Source: Moniliella sp. 'wahieum' (taxonomy: Eukaryota). From it: 64,000 bases of DNA. Both the position numbers and the translations under genes were made by a program. The DNA lies in the NCBI GenBank assembly GCA_003971905.1, contig RSEE01000038.1, forward strand, positions 1 through 64,000. Direction: 5' to 3'. Positions 50,798 to 64,000 of the stretch are shown one piece after another (within the stretch, counting starts at the first letter, position 1; each line of letters begins with the position of its first letter). The notes under the pieces were generated by a model, which was not told where the DNA came from, did no database searches, and saw nothing but the letters and a program-made list of their open reading frames with translations.

Positions 50798-50970
50798 AGC
50801 ATCTTGGCTCTTTTTCACCCCTCCTTGGTTGACATGAGGGACCAACTACGTACTACTTTATTTTTTCTTTCGCCCTTGTTTTATCGACGCTTCTACTCTC
50901 GTTTTCCTGTTCTAATGTCGCGTCGGAAAAGTGTATGCACGCTGCAAATGATCAATCGATCTCTTCTGGA

Positions 50971-51651
50971 TTAATCAGGGCTGGGATGGCGGAACCGCTT
51001 GATAGGAGAGGGGCTCGTCTGAAGACTGGGACTCGCCATTCGCTTGGGTAGTTTGGGTGGGGGAGTTAGCAGAGCTTGATGGAAAAAAATGGCTGCCGAA
51101 GAAGTCATAGTAGGGTACGTCCGTGCTCTTGGCCGTGTCGGGCACGGGGTGCTGGGTTGAACGTCATGAGTGCCCTGAGTCATCGCAGATGGGAGATCAT
51201 CCACATTGCAGGGAGGCGCGAGGCTGCCCAAGCGGACCAAGCGTTGGAAGTACGCCTCCTGGACCGGTCGAGATGGCCGGGGGGTACAAGGGAGATCCAA
51301 GGACTGGTCCAGGCTGAAGTCCACCACGGGCGTGTCACGTTGGTTGGAAATGGTAGGTACAAGTGGGAGTGGGTACTTGGTCGTTAGATGAAGGAAAGCA
51401 TCGTTGTTTGTTGGAGTGAAAGGGCGCACCGATTCCTTGCCTTTCCCGGGAAAGGTGGGTGATGTGGTACTGTGATTATGGGGATCGCCCGGTCGTTCCA
51501 TGAATGTCACTACATGTGGACATTCGTCTCTTGATGCAAGGGTAGGAGACGTTGGTGGCGATGAATGAGGTTGGGGTGTGGTGGGGGGTTCAGAGACTGC
51601 CGAACATGCCGAAGCAGTATCGTCGTAGGGGATGTCACAGGTTGGAAGCAT
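50971..51651 (-). CDS. Hypothetical Ser/Pro/Thr-rich protein
   Basis: Uninterrupted ORF of about 226 codons from MLPTCD; no domain recognised. Confidence 0.45.
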   Translation of the reverse strand: MLPTCDIPYDDTASACSAVSEPPTTPQPHSSPPTSPTLASRDECPHVVTFMERPGDPHNHSTTSPTFPGKGKESVRPFTPTNNDAFLHLTTKYPLPLVPTISNQRDTPVVDFSLDQSLDLPCTPRPSRPVQEAYFQRLVRLGSLAPPCNVDDLPSAMTQGTHDVQPSTPCPTRPRARTYPTMTSSAAIFFHQALLTPPPKLPKRMASPSLQTSPSPIKRFRHPSPD

Positions 51652-54162
51652 GTCGAAGTGAAGAACAGGAAATGTAGCGGTAAATATACGGAACAAAAGT
51701 GATGGTGGCACAACTTGAGAGGGGAAAAAGAGCAAAGCAAGTGCAAAAAGGGGCCGGGATGGAGGGATCAGTGCGGTGGGCGTAGGGGAAAGACACAGAG
51801 ACGAAGATGGGTCTGGAAAACAGGGTTGCAGAAGGGCAAGCTAGAGAAACACCGATCTCTATTCTGTCTGGGCATAAATATATTTTGGCGGTGGAGGGGC
51901 GCTGAAATAATCGATGATCACGCCTATAAGCGGTCGCGCAGATCCCCCCATTTTTTCGACCGAGGTGGGATGGCATCGCAGCGCTCTACTGGGCGCACAT
52001 TGGTTGCCTGTCGGCTGCATCAGTGCATCAGCAGGAGCGCCATCATGCATCGGTGCTGATGTGTGCTGAGCCTCGCCGCTGAGCCTCGGCGCCCTGAGGG
52101 CCTGAGCGCTGATGTGCTGAGGGCCAACTGGCCTGAACGTCTGAACGCCTTTGGCGAGACCGCAGCAAGCACCGGCTATGCTCCATTTGCCATCGTCAGA
52201 GCAAAAACGTCTTCTCTGATGGGCCCACATGTCTGCCGTCGGTCTCCCCCTCCGCCTCCGCCTCTGCAAGCCACGGTTATACGTCCCGCTTTTGTTCGTC
52301 TCTTGCCCGCGTCTCCCGCAAGACAAAGAAGCTTCACCAGCTTCACCGGCTCACTAGCGCATCATCCCATCATCTGCATCATCGTGGACCCATCAGATGC
52401 GTCAGATCTCAGAGCCCTTTGGGTTAAAACATTGCCGTGATCGAGATCACAGTCTTTCAAGCTTCAGTACCTTTATTGGTCTTCAGTCTTCAGTCGTCAA
52501 GGTTCGATAAGCTGAAAAGCTTCATCCGCATGTCTCGACAGTAAAACTATCTTAGTAGTATCGCATCCGTCCGCCATTATCAGTACATCATCGACACCAA
52601 CAATACCGATATTGTCGGGGTACAAGGGTGCCTTCTTCCACTTGGGGCCGAGCCGTGGTGAGATGCCAGCTACTTTTAGAGGAGAGGTGAAACCCAAGGC
52701 AACATCACGCCGAATCAATGCATATAGCACCGAACTTCTCTTCTGTTCGATACTACTTCTATGCTGAGAGACTGCCACCTATATGGCCAAATCCATATTG
52801 GAGTAAAGCGTGGTATTATATACTAGACAGGCCGGGAGCAAGGGAAGCGCCACCCACATCTGTTCGGATAGAAAGTCAACCCAGACACTTTTGCACCAAT
52901 ACAAAAACCTCCAATAATGGTCCAATAAACACCTGCATGCTGCCAATGCCCCTGGACAAGGATTGGAAATGAATGAAAGTAGGACATAGGGACCTCTCCT
53001 TGGATAGCTTCCCCCAATCGGGGAGGTGGTTACTGCCTTTTTATGCCACAAGGGGAAGACCATCTGCGTATGGAGAGCACCATCTCTAATGTGCAGGTCT
53101 TAGGTGGGCTGAAGCTCTCGAACCAAACATGAGTATCGACGTGTGCCCGTGGTTAGTTGGAGGGATCTGGGCTCAGCCCACGCTACTAGCGCGGGTGGTC
53201 ACAGAATATAAAGGTAAACCCAGGAAAGGGCTCCCTAATCTCATGGTGCATATTTGCCCATATGTTCGCCATGCCTATAGTCGAGCCAAGAAGACGAAGA
53301 GGGGTCTGTCAGACCCCAGAAACGAAGAAAATTATCTTCCATAACATACTAACATACTTGCACAACACGAAAAGGGGTATTCACTTCACAGACTAAAATG
53401 TGGTCAGAGTGGCCCACAGCTTGTGATGGACACCGCAATCGCACTACCTTGACCCTACCCACTGAGAGGAACAAGCTAGTCTTCGTACATGATGATAAAA
53501 AAACCCATTCATCCCTGGTTAACAACACGTGCCAGTTGCGAATACGCCCACACGTCTCCAGATCGTTGTGTGTGTGTCCGTAGAACTCGTTCTCCCAGTT
53601 TTGGAGTGTGCCGTGAGCGGGGCAGTGAGACGCGATGAGGAAGGGGATCATGAACTTCTTCTGGGCGGTCAAAAGCTATTTGTTTGGATCGCTTTCCCCA
53701 GTCGCGGATTTCGTCAGCCGAAACGCTATTGGCATGATTCCTTTGTGGGGCAGGAAGACTATTCACTGTCGGTTTTGGTCTGGAGTGTTCCTTCGACCGT
53801 TGCCGCCCATGATACCTTCCCTGTCCACGATACTTTGCGACGGTATTAACAGCACCAGGGCCAGCACCCACAGCTGTCTATATGGCTACGAAGAGATGCG
53901 ACATGTGCCAGGCAGCATGGCTCAGGAAGGATACGACAGCGTTAATAACAAAAGGTAACCAAAGGGTGGTGGGTTGAATAATAACCAGAAGAAAAGTACG
54001 AGCAGCGCAACGATCGTGGTGGAAGAAGCAAGGAATCCAAGGCAAAACCCTTTCTGACCGTGAAAACGGGACAAGCTGGAGCTTGGTATCGGATACCGCA
54101 GAAAGAAAACATTTCTCTGCTGGGAGGGAAGGGGGGCGGACGGCGGGGAACGAGTCAGCCTC

Positions 54163-55227
54163 TCAGGTGATCACCACAGGCTCATGGTGCTCGTCGCGCA
54201 CGACCACCACCTCCACATCCGCGCGCTCGCCCGTGTCCATAAAGGTGATTGACGTTCTGGTCAACCGGGTCGGTGCGGACACCCCGCTTCTCCATAAAAG
54301 TGCGACCGAGGATGACAGGGAAGTACGAGTCCTCACATAGCATCACGGTGCAAGGTACAGCACGCGATCCGACCTGCACCGGCCACTTGCCCAAGTTGGT
54401 AATTCCATTGTACCCGTACGTACCCGGCGCCGTGTCTTTGGGAATAAATCCATGAGCGAGGGCAAAACTGCGGCTCACATACACATGGCGGTAGCCTTCC
54501 TTGAGCATCATGGGCACATCGTGCACGGGGCCGAGGCTGCCGCGCAGCAGGCGTACGCCGAGCTGACTGTGGAATTGTTGGAAGGCGAGCTTGTGTGCGG
54601 GAGGGGGGAGAGTGCCATCCTCGGTAGGCGTCTTCTTACTCCGCATTGACAAGGCTTCCGCGGCAGGATTCCGGAGGTTGGGTTCCGGTGTCGGGCCAGG
54701 GGCCCAACCGGGGGGCGCAGCCGGGGTAGGTGCGGTGGGGTAGAGGATGCTGTCCCGCCCTGTCGTCATATTGCTAGCGGCAAGCGTCTGGCTATCCAAT
54801 GCCTTGGCATGAACCGACTCGAGCCGCTGAACGGACACCTTGTCCACACCGCCTCGCGTGGAGGCTGCGCCAGCGGCAGGGGCAGACGGCACGTCCGCAG
54901 CTCCCGGTCCGTCACGCACAGTCTGTGGCGTGCCAGCGGGAGGTGCACCAAGGCGATTGAGGGGCTCCTTTTCCTGGGGCAGGGCTGGACTGTCAAGATA
55001 GACCGTGGACTCGGACAGTTGCTTGACGCGGTTGGCAAAGATGTCCCAGTCATCGTCGTCCTCGAGAGTGAACTGTTCTCCATGCCAGGCGTAGCGCACG
55101 GAAGCGTTTTCGGGCGGGACCCGAGCCTTTTTGCGGCGCGAGAGAGAAGGGTGGAGAGTGAATCGTCGGCACGAAGGCGCAACGCAAAGGGCGCGAGGGG
55201 GCCAGCGTGGATGTTGAGAATGGTCAT
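54163..55227 (-). CDS. Hypothetical protein: PB1/ubiquitin-like N-terminus plus retropepsin-like C-terminus lacking the catalytic Asp
   Basis: VRYAWHGEQFTLEDDDDWDIF; VPMMLKEGYRHVYVSRSFALAHG...FPVILGRTFMEKRG; frameshifts near 55130 and 54255. Confidence 0.75.
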
Positions 55228-56208
55228 GGCCTAGAGAGCACGATGGATGGAGGGAAGAAGGGAATGGAGCTGGGTGCCAGTTGGCGGTGGGCATTCGCAC
55301 TTGGGTTACATGGACCATGGTGCAGCCAAGCAGGTTTGCTGAGGCTCATACCCTGCTACACTGATGCAGTGCTTCCCAGGGCGTATGACATGTGACGTCA
55401 GGCAGCCGAATTCGCTCAGGCCACAAGGCACCATGGCAGTCTTTGCTGCACAGCCTGGCTTGCCGCGTTGACGTCATTGTCACACACTCCTTGATGCATA
55501 CCATGTGATAAGTGACGCACCGGTGCTGGGTTGTGCCGTACTCAGTGAGGCGGCATGCCGATCATCGAGATCATCGACCATCGATCATCAACGTCACAAG
55601 GAGGATGGACTATTTGAAGCCTGTCGGGACTGTCCTCTGCGATTCAAGGACTTGGCCGCAACCTTCGGCTTGTCGCGGCGTTCCTCGCATTGCGGAGTAA
55701 ACTGAGTCAATTGTTGACTGAATGTGGGACAGAGGCTGAATCTCCATACCATACCCCGCAACTACTTACGCAGATGTCTACAGGGGCTGTCATTTCCAAT
55801 TCTTCTTCTGCATCCTGTGCGTCTCTCGCTTTCCCTTTTCTTTTGCTTCTATTCTCCACCCTATGCTTTCTGTTTCTTCCCACGAACGATCTTGCCATTT
55901 CCCCCGTCTCTGACAGGACCTTGGTCTCCCTCGTCTATATAGCCCCAACTGTTACAGGAGGGGCCGATCTGAAAAAAACGCGCCACTGAGAGATGAGAGA
56001 AGATGGCACAGTCGTCTTTCCTCGGATCTAAGTCATTGTGGTACTCATGCGTTCATGCGGTCGGAAGACACTACAAAGCAAACCAAAACTACAACGCACA
56101 CTCTTTTCTGTATTACGTCCATCATTCACCCGATATATGGGGTGATGGGTCAATCAGTGTACATGACAGAAGGAAGATAAGCCCACTCGACCAAGACTAC
56201 TCAAGAAA

Positions 56209-58102
56209 TCAAAGACTGTGGTCGTCATGGTCCGGTCGGTCTCGAAAAGGCACGGCTTCGAAATACGACGGAGGCAAGTCCAATTGCATCCCTGCCATAT
56301 CTTCCAGGAGACTAGGATCTGGCCCAACAAGGCTGGTTGCAGGTGTAGAAGATGCCGCGGTACCTGCTGAAACAGCGCCCGATAAAGCGTAAGATTGAAC
56401 TGGACTCAGATGCGACAGGTTATCTTGGCTTGGCTGGCGAGCCCTGTCCGAGGGCATAGCGAAGGATGGGAATAGACCCGTTTTTTCTGGGACAGGGGCT
56501 GCGGATGGGTCTGACCCGGACCTTGTAATAGGGGGTACGAACGATGACGATGTGGCAGCAGCAGACCTAGGGGGCACTCGATGCATCCTGGCGTCGCCGC
56601 GCCTTTCCTCTTTCACACCAAAGACGAGGAGGCAGGCAGTATATGTCAACCGGTACAGTGTGGATAAAGTCTTCGAGAGGCAAGGGCCCGCTCTTCTTGC
56701 GTTTCTTCTTGGATGAAATGGTTCAGGGGGGTTGGCTTCAACTACTCCAATGTAGTAGTTTACTTCCACCATCTTGGTCTTGAAGGAAGGTCCGACGTTT
56801 GGGGGGGGTCCAAAACCCCATTCCAACGATAGCTGGTCTTTCCATCTGGGTTTTTCCGTCGCTGGGGAAGGGCAATGCGGGCCTCACACATTACCGCTCA
56901 TCCACAGCATGAGGGTCCTTACGACGGATGATGGATATTCGTCGATAAAAAGCAACCGCAAGGGGGGGGTGCTGCCATTGCTGGATTTCTCAGTAGATAT
57001 GATGGTGAATGGAATAGACCCCTGGACGGTAAATGGGCTTGGTGGATGAGGCATACTCAACGACCACGCGGACGGGACCATCTTCTGTCGGGTAAAGATG
57101 GTAAAGAACCCTCGTCGTGAGCTGGCCGGATCAGGTCTTTCAGGACCGACAGAGAATGTATGCCACGTATGAGACGGTTCCACGAGGTCGTCGAAAAGCT
57201 TGTTCTCTCGCAGCTCCACACCCATGAGGGAGCGCATCGTGGCAACGGCTGCAGCATCCGAGGGAGGAGGAGGGAGAAATTGAAAAGGAATCAAGATACG
57301 ATCATTCTCATTAAGGATCCCAGGTCGGCCAATAGTCACTTTGACATACCACTTGATGCTTACCCAATGGTGCGATCAGGAGCGGGTGAATGGGCTTTTT
57401 GGTTAAAAGTCAAAATATCTTTGCTCCGACCCAAAAGTCCCCCTTCTGGACGAGCTTTGCATCAGCTGCTGAGGGTCCTGGGCTCTGCTCACCTGAAGAC
57501 AAAACGAACGAGGGCGGAAGCGGATCCCCCACCTTCAAGTCGTTTCGGGCAATTCCAATTTGAACCCAAAGGCGGCTGTATTGCCCTCAGACAGCAGACT
57601 AGCGTGCGGCAAGTTGGCAACCGCAGTACGGGGATGGAAAACTTGTCCCTGGCTTCCGGAGGTGCATCCTTCACATCGTTGGCCACATAAACGGTCTCCC
57701 CCATTTGGAGCAGTAAAATTTCTCTCTCTTGAACTTTCTCCAGTTCGGGGTTTCGGTCTGTAATGATTGCAGAACCAGTTGCTTGTGCTTTGGCCACAGG
57801 TGTGCGTACCAGCACAGCACACTTCACCTTGATGGAGATGCGGGACACCTTGTCGGCATGCCTTGGGTGTGTACAAACCCGCCCTGAATCGCTCCGCGAC
57901 TGCGTTCCTGTGTACCGCCCATGTACGTTGGAACCAACTGTGGAGGGGTAAACAGCCTGGCCAGCAGTTAGAGGGAACGGACATGTTGGGCGCAGGAGAC
58001 GTACTGGACCTGGGCGTGCCCATCGGCGCCAGTGTATACATGTACCGTCTTCTCCGGTTTAATGGAGGGGTTGGTTGGGAGTGAAACTGAGTCCAGGATC
58101 AT
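56209..58102 (-). CDS. Alpha-arrestin-like adaptor
   Basis: Beta-strand-rich segments (RISIKVKC, FGFKxELP, VTIGRPGILNENDRILIPFQFLP, PSFKTKMVEVNYYI) and a C-terminal PY motif LPPSY. Confidence 0.65.
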
Positions 58103-58843
58103 CCCAAGGAAGATGGGGGAATGGATGGAAGGAGGCAGGGTGGAAAGATGGTGGCGGCACGGAATCCAAGACGAACGCATCTTTTTGGGTGGATCCATAG
58201 TTCAATCGGAGATTGGGCGCGCATGCGCGTACCAGTGATGCTCACCGCTGGACTTTGCTGCCTGCTGCGCACAGGCCCCAGGCTGCAATATTCACAAACT
58301 TAAACAAGAGGCACGTGACCCTCACCGTCACGCACCCACATCGCCCAAGCCACGTGTGCGCATTTTAACGCTGTCAGCATCAGAAGTTTCTATAGCCATC
58401 TCGCATCCCACCATCACCCCTTCGCTATTTGCAAATCTGAAGTCCGATGGCGCCAATTGTTAGTCATTGGGCTGGATGAAGTGCCTTTCTTTCCCTACGC
58501 GCCTCTTCTTTCGTCGTCACATCGCCTCCGCACCCTCTTCTGGCCAAACCGTGCCTCTTAGGTCAATACACGCTGTCCCTGTGCGCCCGGATTGGCCCTA
58601 CTCACTGATGCGGTGTATGCCTTTCTTCCTGTCCGAGACTACATTAACAAGGACAGAATCTCGATCTTGTCCCCAGACCATTGGAGGCACGCCGATCAGC
58701 CCCAAAATTCTATTGGTCCTGATGCTCGGGGGTTGAACATCGCCGCATCTTCCTTCATGCTCATATTTTTTGCATTGCATGGATCCCTATGCCTGGAAAG
58801 GGGAAAGAGACGAGGTATGATGGAAGTCAGGCTCATGTGCAAC

Positions 58844-60020
58844 TCAGTGACGGCGGCGGGTGAAGATGATGCCAGCAGCTTGACCCATGACGAGCGGATC
58901 ATCAAAGCCGATCCGATATGGGGCAATTTGTTCGTCAGTCAAGTGATCTACATGATCCGCGTGCCCAGCGGCAACAGCATCCGCCTTGGCTTGCGCTTCA
59001 ATTGCCGCCTTGACACACAGTGCCGCCGAATCTTCATCGTGTTTGGCCCGCTCCCGCTCCTCTGGATGCTCGTCCAGGAAGCGAACAAATGCCGACATGG
59101 ACCGCATCACCCCAGCAAACTTGCGCGGCGAGCCAGGGAAGGTGATTGGGACTGAGGGAAAGAGCCATCGGGTGTGGCTTTGATGCCCAGAGTCTGGGCC
59201 AAGGCGGCCTGCAACCACTGCGGAGCACTTTTGGTCAACGTGGGAGAGCCAAATAGGTCGGGACTCGCGCCGAGGGTAATGTGGACCGTGGCATTGGGGT
59301 CATATAGGTCCTCAGGTGGCGCTGGCAGCGTAGCTAATAACGATGAGTCAGGCTCAAGGGCTCCAAAGGCCCACCCGTGTGCCAGTAGGGCCCTAGGCCG
59401 TTCGGATCGAGACAAAAGTCTCTGATACTTTGTTGGCCACAGGCTTGTCGACCATGAGAAATATAGTGCTGGCGACATGAATGGAGCTTCCCCCTGGCTT
59501 GAGTACACGGGCCCAGTCGTACCATGGGTTGGGCTGTTTCTTCCAGTTGATCCAATGAATGGCTGAGATGGATGTTAGCTGCAGCAGAAGGCCGAGTCAG
59601 TTGCCCTGCCCTACCCATACGATAGTGGGACTTACCATATCCACACTCTTATCTGGAGTGGGAACGTGCTCCCCCCCTCCCTCGACAAATTTGACAGTGT
59701 GGCCGGGAGGAACAGCAGGGAGGTGGAGATGCTTGACTGGGTCGACAGATGTGGCCGATTGAAGCATCTGGTGGGACGGATCGACGCCAATGGTGTGAGT
59801 AAACCACTTGGCTAGGGGTAGGTAAAAGTGCCTGGGCCACAGCCCAGGTCGATGGCGGTATCCCACTGCGATTGGTCGGGTTGGAATGTAGCGTCGGTGC
59901 CGTGTTTGGGGTCCAACTGGCCATGGTAAGCCGCGAGGAGGTCGCCCCAGCCTTGGCCATAGCGGGGCGGACAGAAAAGTACTGATCAGCGTCGAAGGTC
60001 GCAACGCGCCACTCGGACAT
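58844..60020 (-). CDS. Class I SAM-dependent methyltransferase (Tmt1/Crg1-like)
   Basis: FDADQYFSVRP, AIDLGCGPG (motif I), IGVDPSHQML, DKSVDMV, AHW, RVLKPGG. Confidence 0.85.
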
Positions 60021-60976
60021 ATGGAAGGCAGTGTGGGAAGGTGTCGAAAGAGAATGCGGATTGGGGGTTGAACCCAGGTTTATATACCAAGTCGGGGCTG
60101 ATGATGGTGGGAGTAATGAGATCTGAGAACAAAGGGCCATGCGGCGCTGGCATGGCGCTGCTCTTTCGCTCAACTCCGAATTCCGAGTCCGAACCCCGGT
60201 GTGTCGCAGCTGAGGCTCAGCATCTCAGCAGATCGCAGCTGCCAGCTGCCACGCGTCCTCCCAGCCTGGACACCTGTGTCATGCATCCTGCGATGCATCA
60301 CGCATCCTCATTCATTTTGACACCACCACCCGCACCAAACCCACACCACCCACGCCAAACGCAAGCTCAGCTTCGAAATCCGGACGAAGGTGGATGGCAC
60401 ATGATACGCGGTGGCGCTCCGTCTTCCCAGTAGCTCGCAACCCCGCGTTAATGGTAGTCTCATCCCCTTGGTCGCCACCCACTTGAGGCCATTCCTGGGG
60501 GTTCTTGACTACAAGGTGGTCATGTTCCAGGCGATAGGGTCGGAGATGAGATTCGTGACCATCCATGGGGGGCAGGTGGGCCTTACGCCTATACATTCAA
60601 GGGAAAGGATAGCTGGGATCAACTACGACAAAGGTTCTGGACAGAGCGAGTATCCCAATAGTGACGTGGCAGATGCAATAGGAGGAGAAACAGCCGGATA
60701 GAACCGACTGGCTCATGGCCAAGACGGAGGGAGCACATGGGTAAAAGAGAACCAAACGGAGCAACGAGCAGGATACCGGACACTTTCCGAACAGTCTCGG
60801 TGAGGGGTAACCCTAAGCCAGAGGGCGGGGAGGGAGGGGAGGGGTCGAATGACACTCTTACAGCAGAAGCATAAGGGGGGGCGGGTAGTCCATGGGGGTA
60901 AAGGCGGTGCATGGCAGTCGGTGCGCAGAGCTATGTGCTCTATCAGCACAACGGTGAAGAGTTGGTATGCTCTGAG

Positions 60977-61528
60977 TTAGAAAAGCAGGTAAGATCCCGC
61001 CGCCACCCCAACTCCTGCGAAAGCAAGAGCATGCGCGTTCAACGAGGCGGCGGGATTGATGTGGTACTTGTCGTTGGGCCCACCGTTGCTGCCGCCGGGA
61101 GCAGGTGCGACGGCAGTGCCGGCCAAGTTGCCAGACGTGATGTCGGATGCAGTGGCCAGCGTGGTTGGAGTGGGGGTGGAGGAGGAAGAGGCGAGGATGC
61201 TGCCGGATCCAGGAGTCAGTCCCATGTCCAGAGGAGAGAAAGGTGGCCTTTATACGAACCAGAAGCCGATGATCCCGACACAGCAGATGTCTGAGCCCCC
61301 AGAGGGCGAGGCGGAGCCTGACACTGAACCTGAGGCAGACCCGGATGCGGCCCCCGAAGCCGAGCCCGAGGGAGAGGCCGAAGCAGAGCCAGATGCCGAG
61401 CCTGTCCAGAGGCCGGGGCCGCTTGGATGCAGGCTGGGCAGAGGACAAGGTTGGGCGGCCAACACGGCGGACGCAGAGGCGCTAAACATCAGCGCCGCAA
61501 GCGCAACTGACACGAACGATACGCGCAT
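60977..61528 (-). CDS. Secreted Ser/Gly/Ala-rich, probably GPI-anchored surface protein
   Basis: Signal peptide MRVSFVSVALAALMFSASASA; GSAS repeats; C-terminal NPAAS plus hydrophobic tail ALAFAGVGVAAGSYLLF*. Confidence 0.75.
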
Positions 61529-62727
61529 CTGGTCAGCGAGGGTAGAGGTGCGGGAGGCAGGGTGTGGATGAGGTCGCGAAAATGGTAGACGTGGTAGACT
61601 TTCTGCGCGTCCTTGGCGTGGCGGCTCAGCGGGCATATTGCGTAAGCGGTGAGGGCGGGCACTTGCCACTGCCGCGCGGTGCGACTCAGCAGGGTTCGAC
61701 GTTGAACGTTCAACCCGAGTGCTCCACAAAAACGTTTCAGCGTGATTGGTGTGCATGATGTTCACGCCGCACGGGGCCAGTGCAGTAGAACATTGAACAA
61801 TGCATATTGACCAGTGCTCGTCCAGCCCCAGCCCTCACGAGCAGCCGCGAGCCGCGAGCCACACCAGTCGGTGGGCACGCCTAGCACACCCGCTGGCCGC
61901 ACCGCGGGCAACTCAACAGCGCCACCACTCGCACCACCGCTGCTTCCCTATGTCTGCGTCTGCAGCGCGCCCGGCCAGCGTCCGTAGATGTGGCCTCTGA
62001 CGTTCATTGGCGATGCCTTTGTCTGAATGGCGAGCTGCTCGCCAAAGCGATTGCCATTTCTCAAACGGCGAGCGTTTCCTCGGTCAGGCCTCAGGGTCCG
62101 TTCTGGGATTGTTTTGTCGCGTGCGGCGGCTGACTTCTGTCCGAATGTCCACTCGGCTCGTCTGCATCGAGACCGAGCCCATTGTATAGCAACGCATTTG
62201 GGCAGCAGTAGCAGGCAGAGTCCATCAAAGCCAGCCTCATCCACTTGACGAGCGCGGTATGCATGCTGCGCCCAGAGGTAAGCCCACTGTCTGGCCATGG
62301 TCGGCTTGGGTACTGACGCAGGCGGATGAAGCTCATCACAGTGCCACTCATCTGTCGTGGTCAATGCGCTTCCCATTTCCCACTTGATCAGATTCTGACA
62401 TGGAACGGATTGAATGCGCACACAACATGCATCCGTCGAGAGTGGCCACCGCGTGCGGCGCTGATATACCCGCCGATACCAAGCCTAGCTGGGGAGACAG
62501 AGCATCACAGATGGCTGCAGCGATGGTTTGGGATATAATCGAATGGAAAGAGGACGACAGTTTACAAGAAGGGAGGGGCCAAGGAATCACCGCACTACCA
62601 CTCCCCTGGCACCTCGTTTCCAAATAGACTCGAGTCCGAACCCATGGAGAAGATGCTTTCGCGGTCAATGTCGAGCGCATTGGCACGGCGAGCCAACCTT
62701 CGGGCATGAGGGAGGGAGGCTCGATAC

Positions 62728-64000
62728 CTACAAAAACGTCATGCGCGCGTGGGACCAACGGGTGAGCCGCGTTGCGCTCGGCGGTGGCAAGGGAACCGCG
62801 GCCGAAGGATGGGTTGGGAGCTGAAGAGAGGTTTGAGGGGGAAAGGATGGCTTCACACTATCCCGTGCAGGATAGGCGGCCTCCAACCTGCGTGCCGTAG
62901 CAAGCAGGTCAACATGAGGATCGGAAGCAACCGCAGCCAAAGGATTTTTACCCTCTGGCGCCCAGAGCCGCACTGTCCCATCGTCTCCCGCTGAAGCCAG
63001 CAAAGACGGACACGTAGGGTGCCGTGCTACAGAGTTCACCGTGCCAGATCGATGGCCAACCAGTGCGCCAAGATGCCGTCCGAGTCGAGCGATCATAAAT
63101 GTGAGCCCGAGAATCTGAATAAAATGAGGGTTAGTCAAGTCGGGCAAAAGAGAATAGAGTAGATGTACCTTCGCTTCCCACAACAACAAACTGTTCTTCT
63201 GCGCCGCCAAAGCAGTTGTGTACATGATGATTGAGACACGCATGTTGCTCATACCGAACGACGAGCGACATGGGCACATTTTGTCCGGCAGGTCCCAAAT
63301 CCCACAACCGTGCCGCATTGTCCAAATGCGACGTGAGTACATGACGCGAATCGGAGGCAAAGCGAACGCTGCTCACCTCGTCTTTCAGAAAGAGTCGATC
63401 TTGCTCCATGTTGCGTGACAAATCAAACACGGCGAGTTTGAATCGCTGGATGGTCTGATGGCTACTGGACCCGGGTACATTAGGGGGGGAAGTTGATAGG
63501 TACCCATCCTGCTCAAAGGAAAGAGGCGGCGCGCCCTCCAGCAGGTTCCCGCCCGTGATCCACCCCATCATATTCATCTGGAAAGATCATCACCGTATCA
63601 GAGGTCGGCTCCTCGGATGATGAGGTACGGCCGGCCGCGGCAACCGCAAAAAGTGGAGTATCACTGGATAGCATAGGACAAGGGAAGATGGCGGGGTTGC
63701 TGGGCGATTCCCTCATTTCGTTCCTTGTGTCAGAGAGGGATGATGGAGCCGTATTTTCGTAGCTGGATACGACCAAACGGGACTCGTCTTTGGAAATATC
63801 AAGCCCCAATACACGAAAGGGAGTGATGAACCAGTTGGCCAAGTGACGACCATCACTGCTCCAAAACATAAGCTTTTCGTCCTTAGCGCCTGTGATAAAG
63901 CCTTTACCCGAAGGGAGCCATACGATGGCGCTCACCGTACGCCCATGTGCCGGTCTCAGAGCTTTGCCCGTCAAACCAAGGTCTGGACCAAAATGATACA
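62728..64000 (-). CDS. WD40 protein WDR26/Gid7-like (3' part; gene continues beyond the window)
   Basis: HGRTVSAIVWLPSGKGFITGA; CFGGAEEQFVVVGSE; LVGHRSGTVNSVARHP..LLASAGDDGTVRLW. Confidence 0.8.

Noticed and set aside
56209..61528. Secondary-metabolite cluster around the methyltransferase
   Set aside because: No backbone enzyme, transporter or pathway regulator nearby.

Overview
Gene-dense, GC-rich fungal DNA, probably from a basidiomycete (inferred from protein similarity and sparse short GTACGT/GTAAGT...CTGAC/CTAAC...YAG introns). Almost every gene, including essential ones, is broken by single-base indels, which I read as unpolished long-read errors, so several CDS boundaries are approximate. 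In order: a Chd1-like protein with no ATPase, BUD31, proteasome beta-6, MGM1, ATP synthase subunit g, a Nudix hydrolase, sulfite reductase beta (MET5), a divergent SKP1, a Gin4/Cdr2-type kinase, an intron-containing tRNA-Ile(UAU), a cytochrome-b5-like MAPR protein, annexin, WD40-cyclophilin, PDX1/SNZ1, a very young full-length Ty1/copia element in the PDX1 promoter, CAF40, MRPL16, a Rad51 paralogue, an Smr protein, a PB1-like plus pseudo-retropepsin protein, an arrestin-like adaptor, a SAM methyltransferase, a GPI-type surface protein and a partial WDR26/GID7. Top leads: (1) copia gag and pol separated only by an in-frame UAG (stop-codon readthrough candidate) with a non-canonical primer-binding site; (2) a stand-alone Chd1 SANT-SLIDE plus C-terminal domain protein with no chromodomains or Snf2 motor; (3) a Ddi1-like protein whose retropepsin-like domain lacks the catalytic Asp; (4) LTR-borne Gcn4/AP-1 sites placed upstream of PDX1. 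All family assignments come from my own motif recognition; no searches were run.
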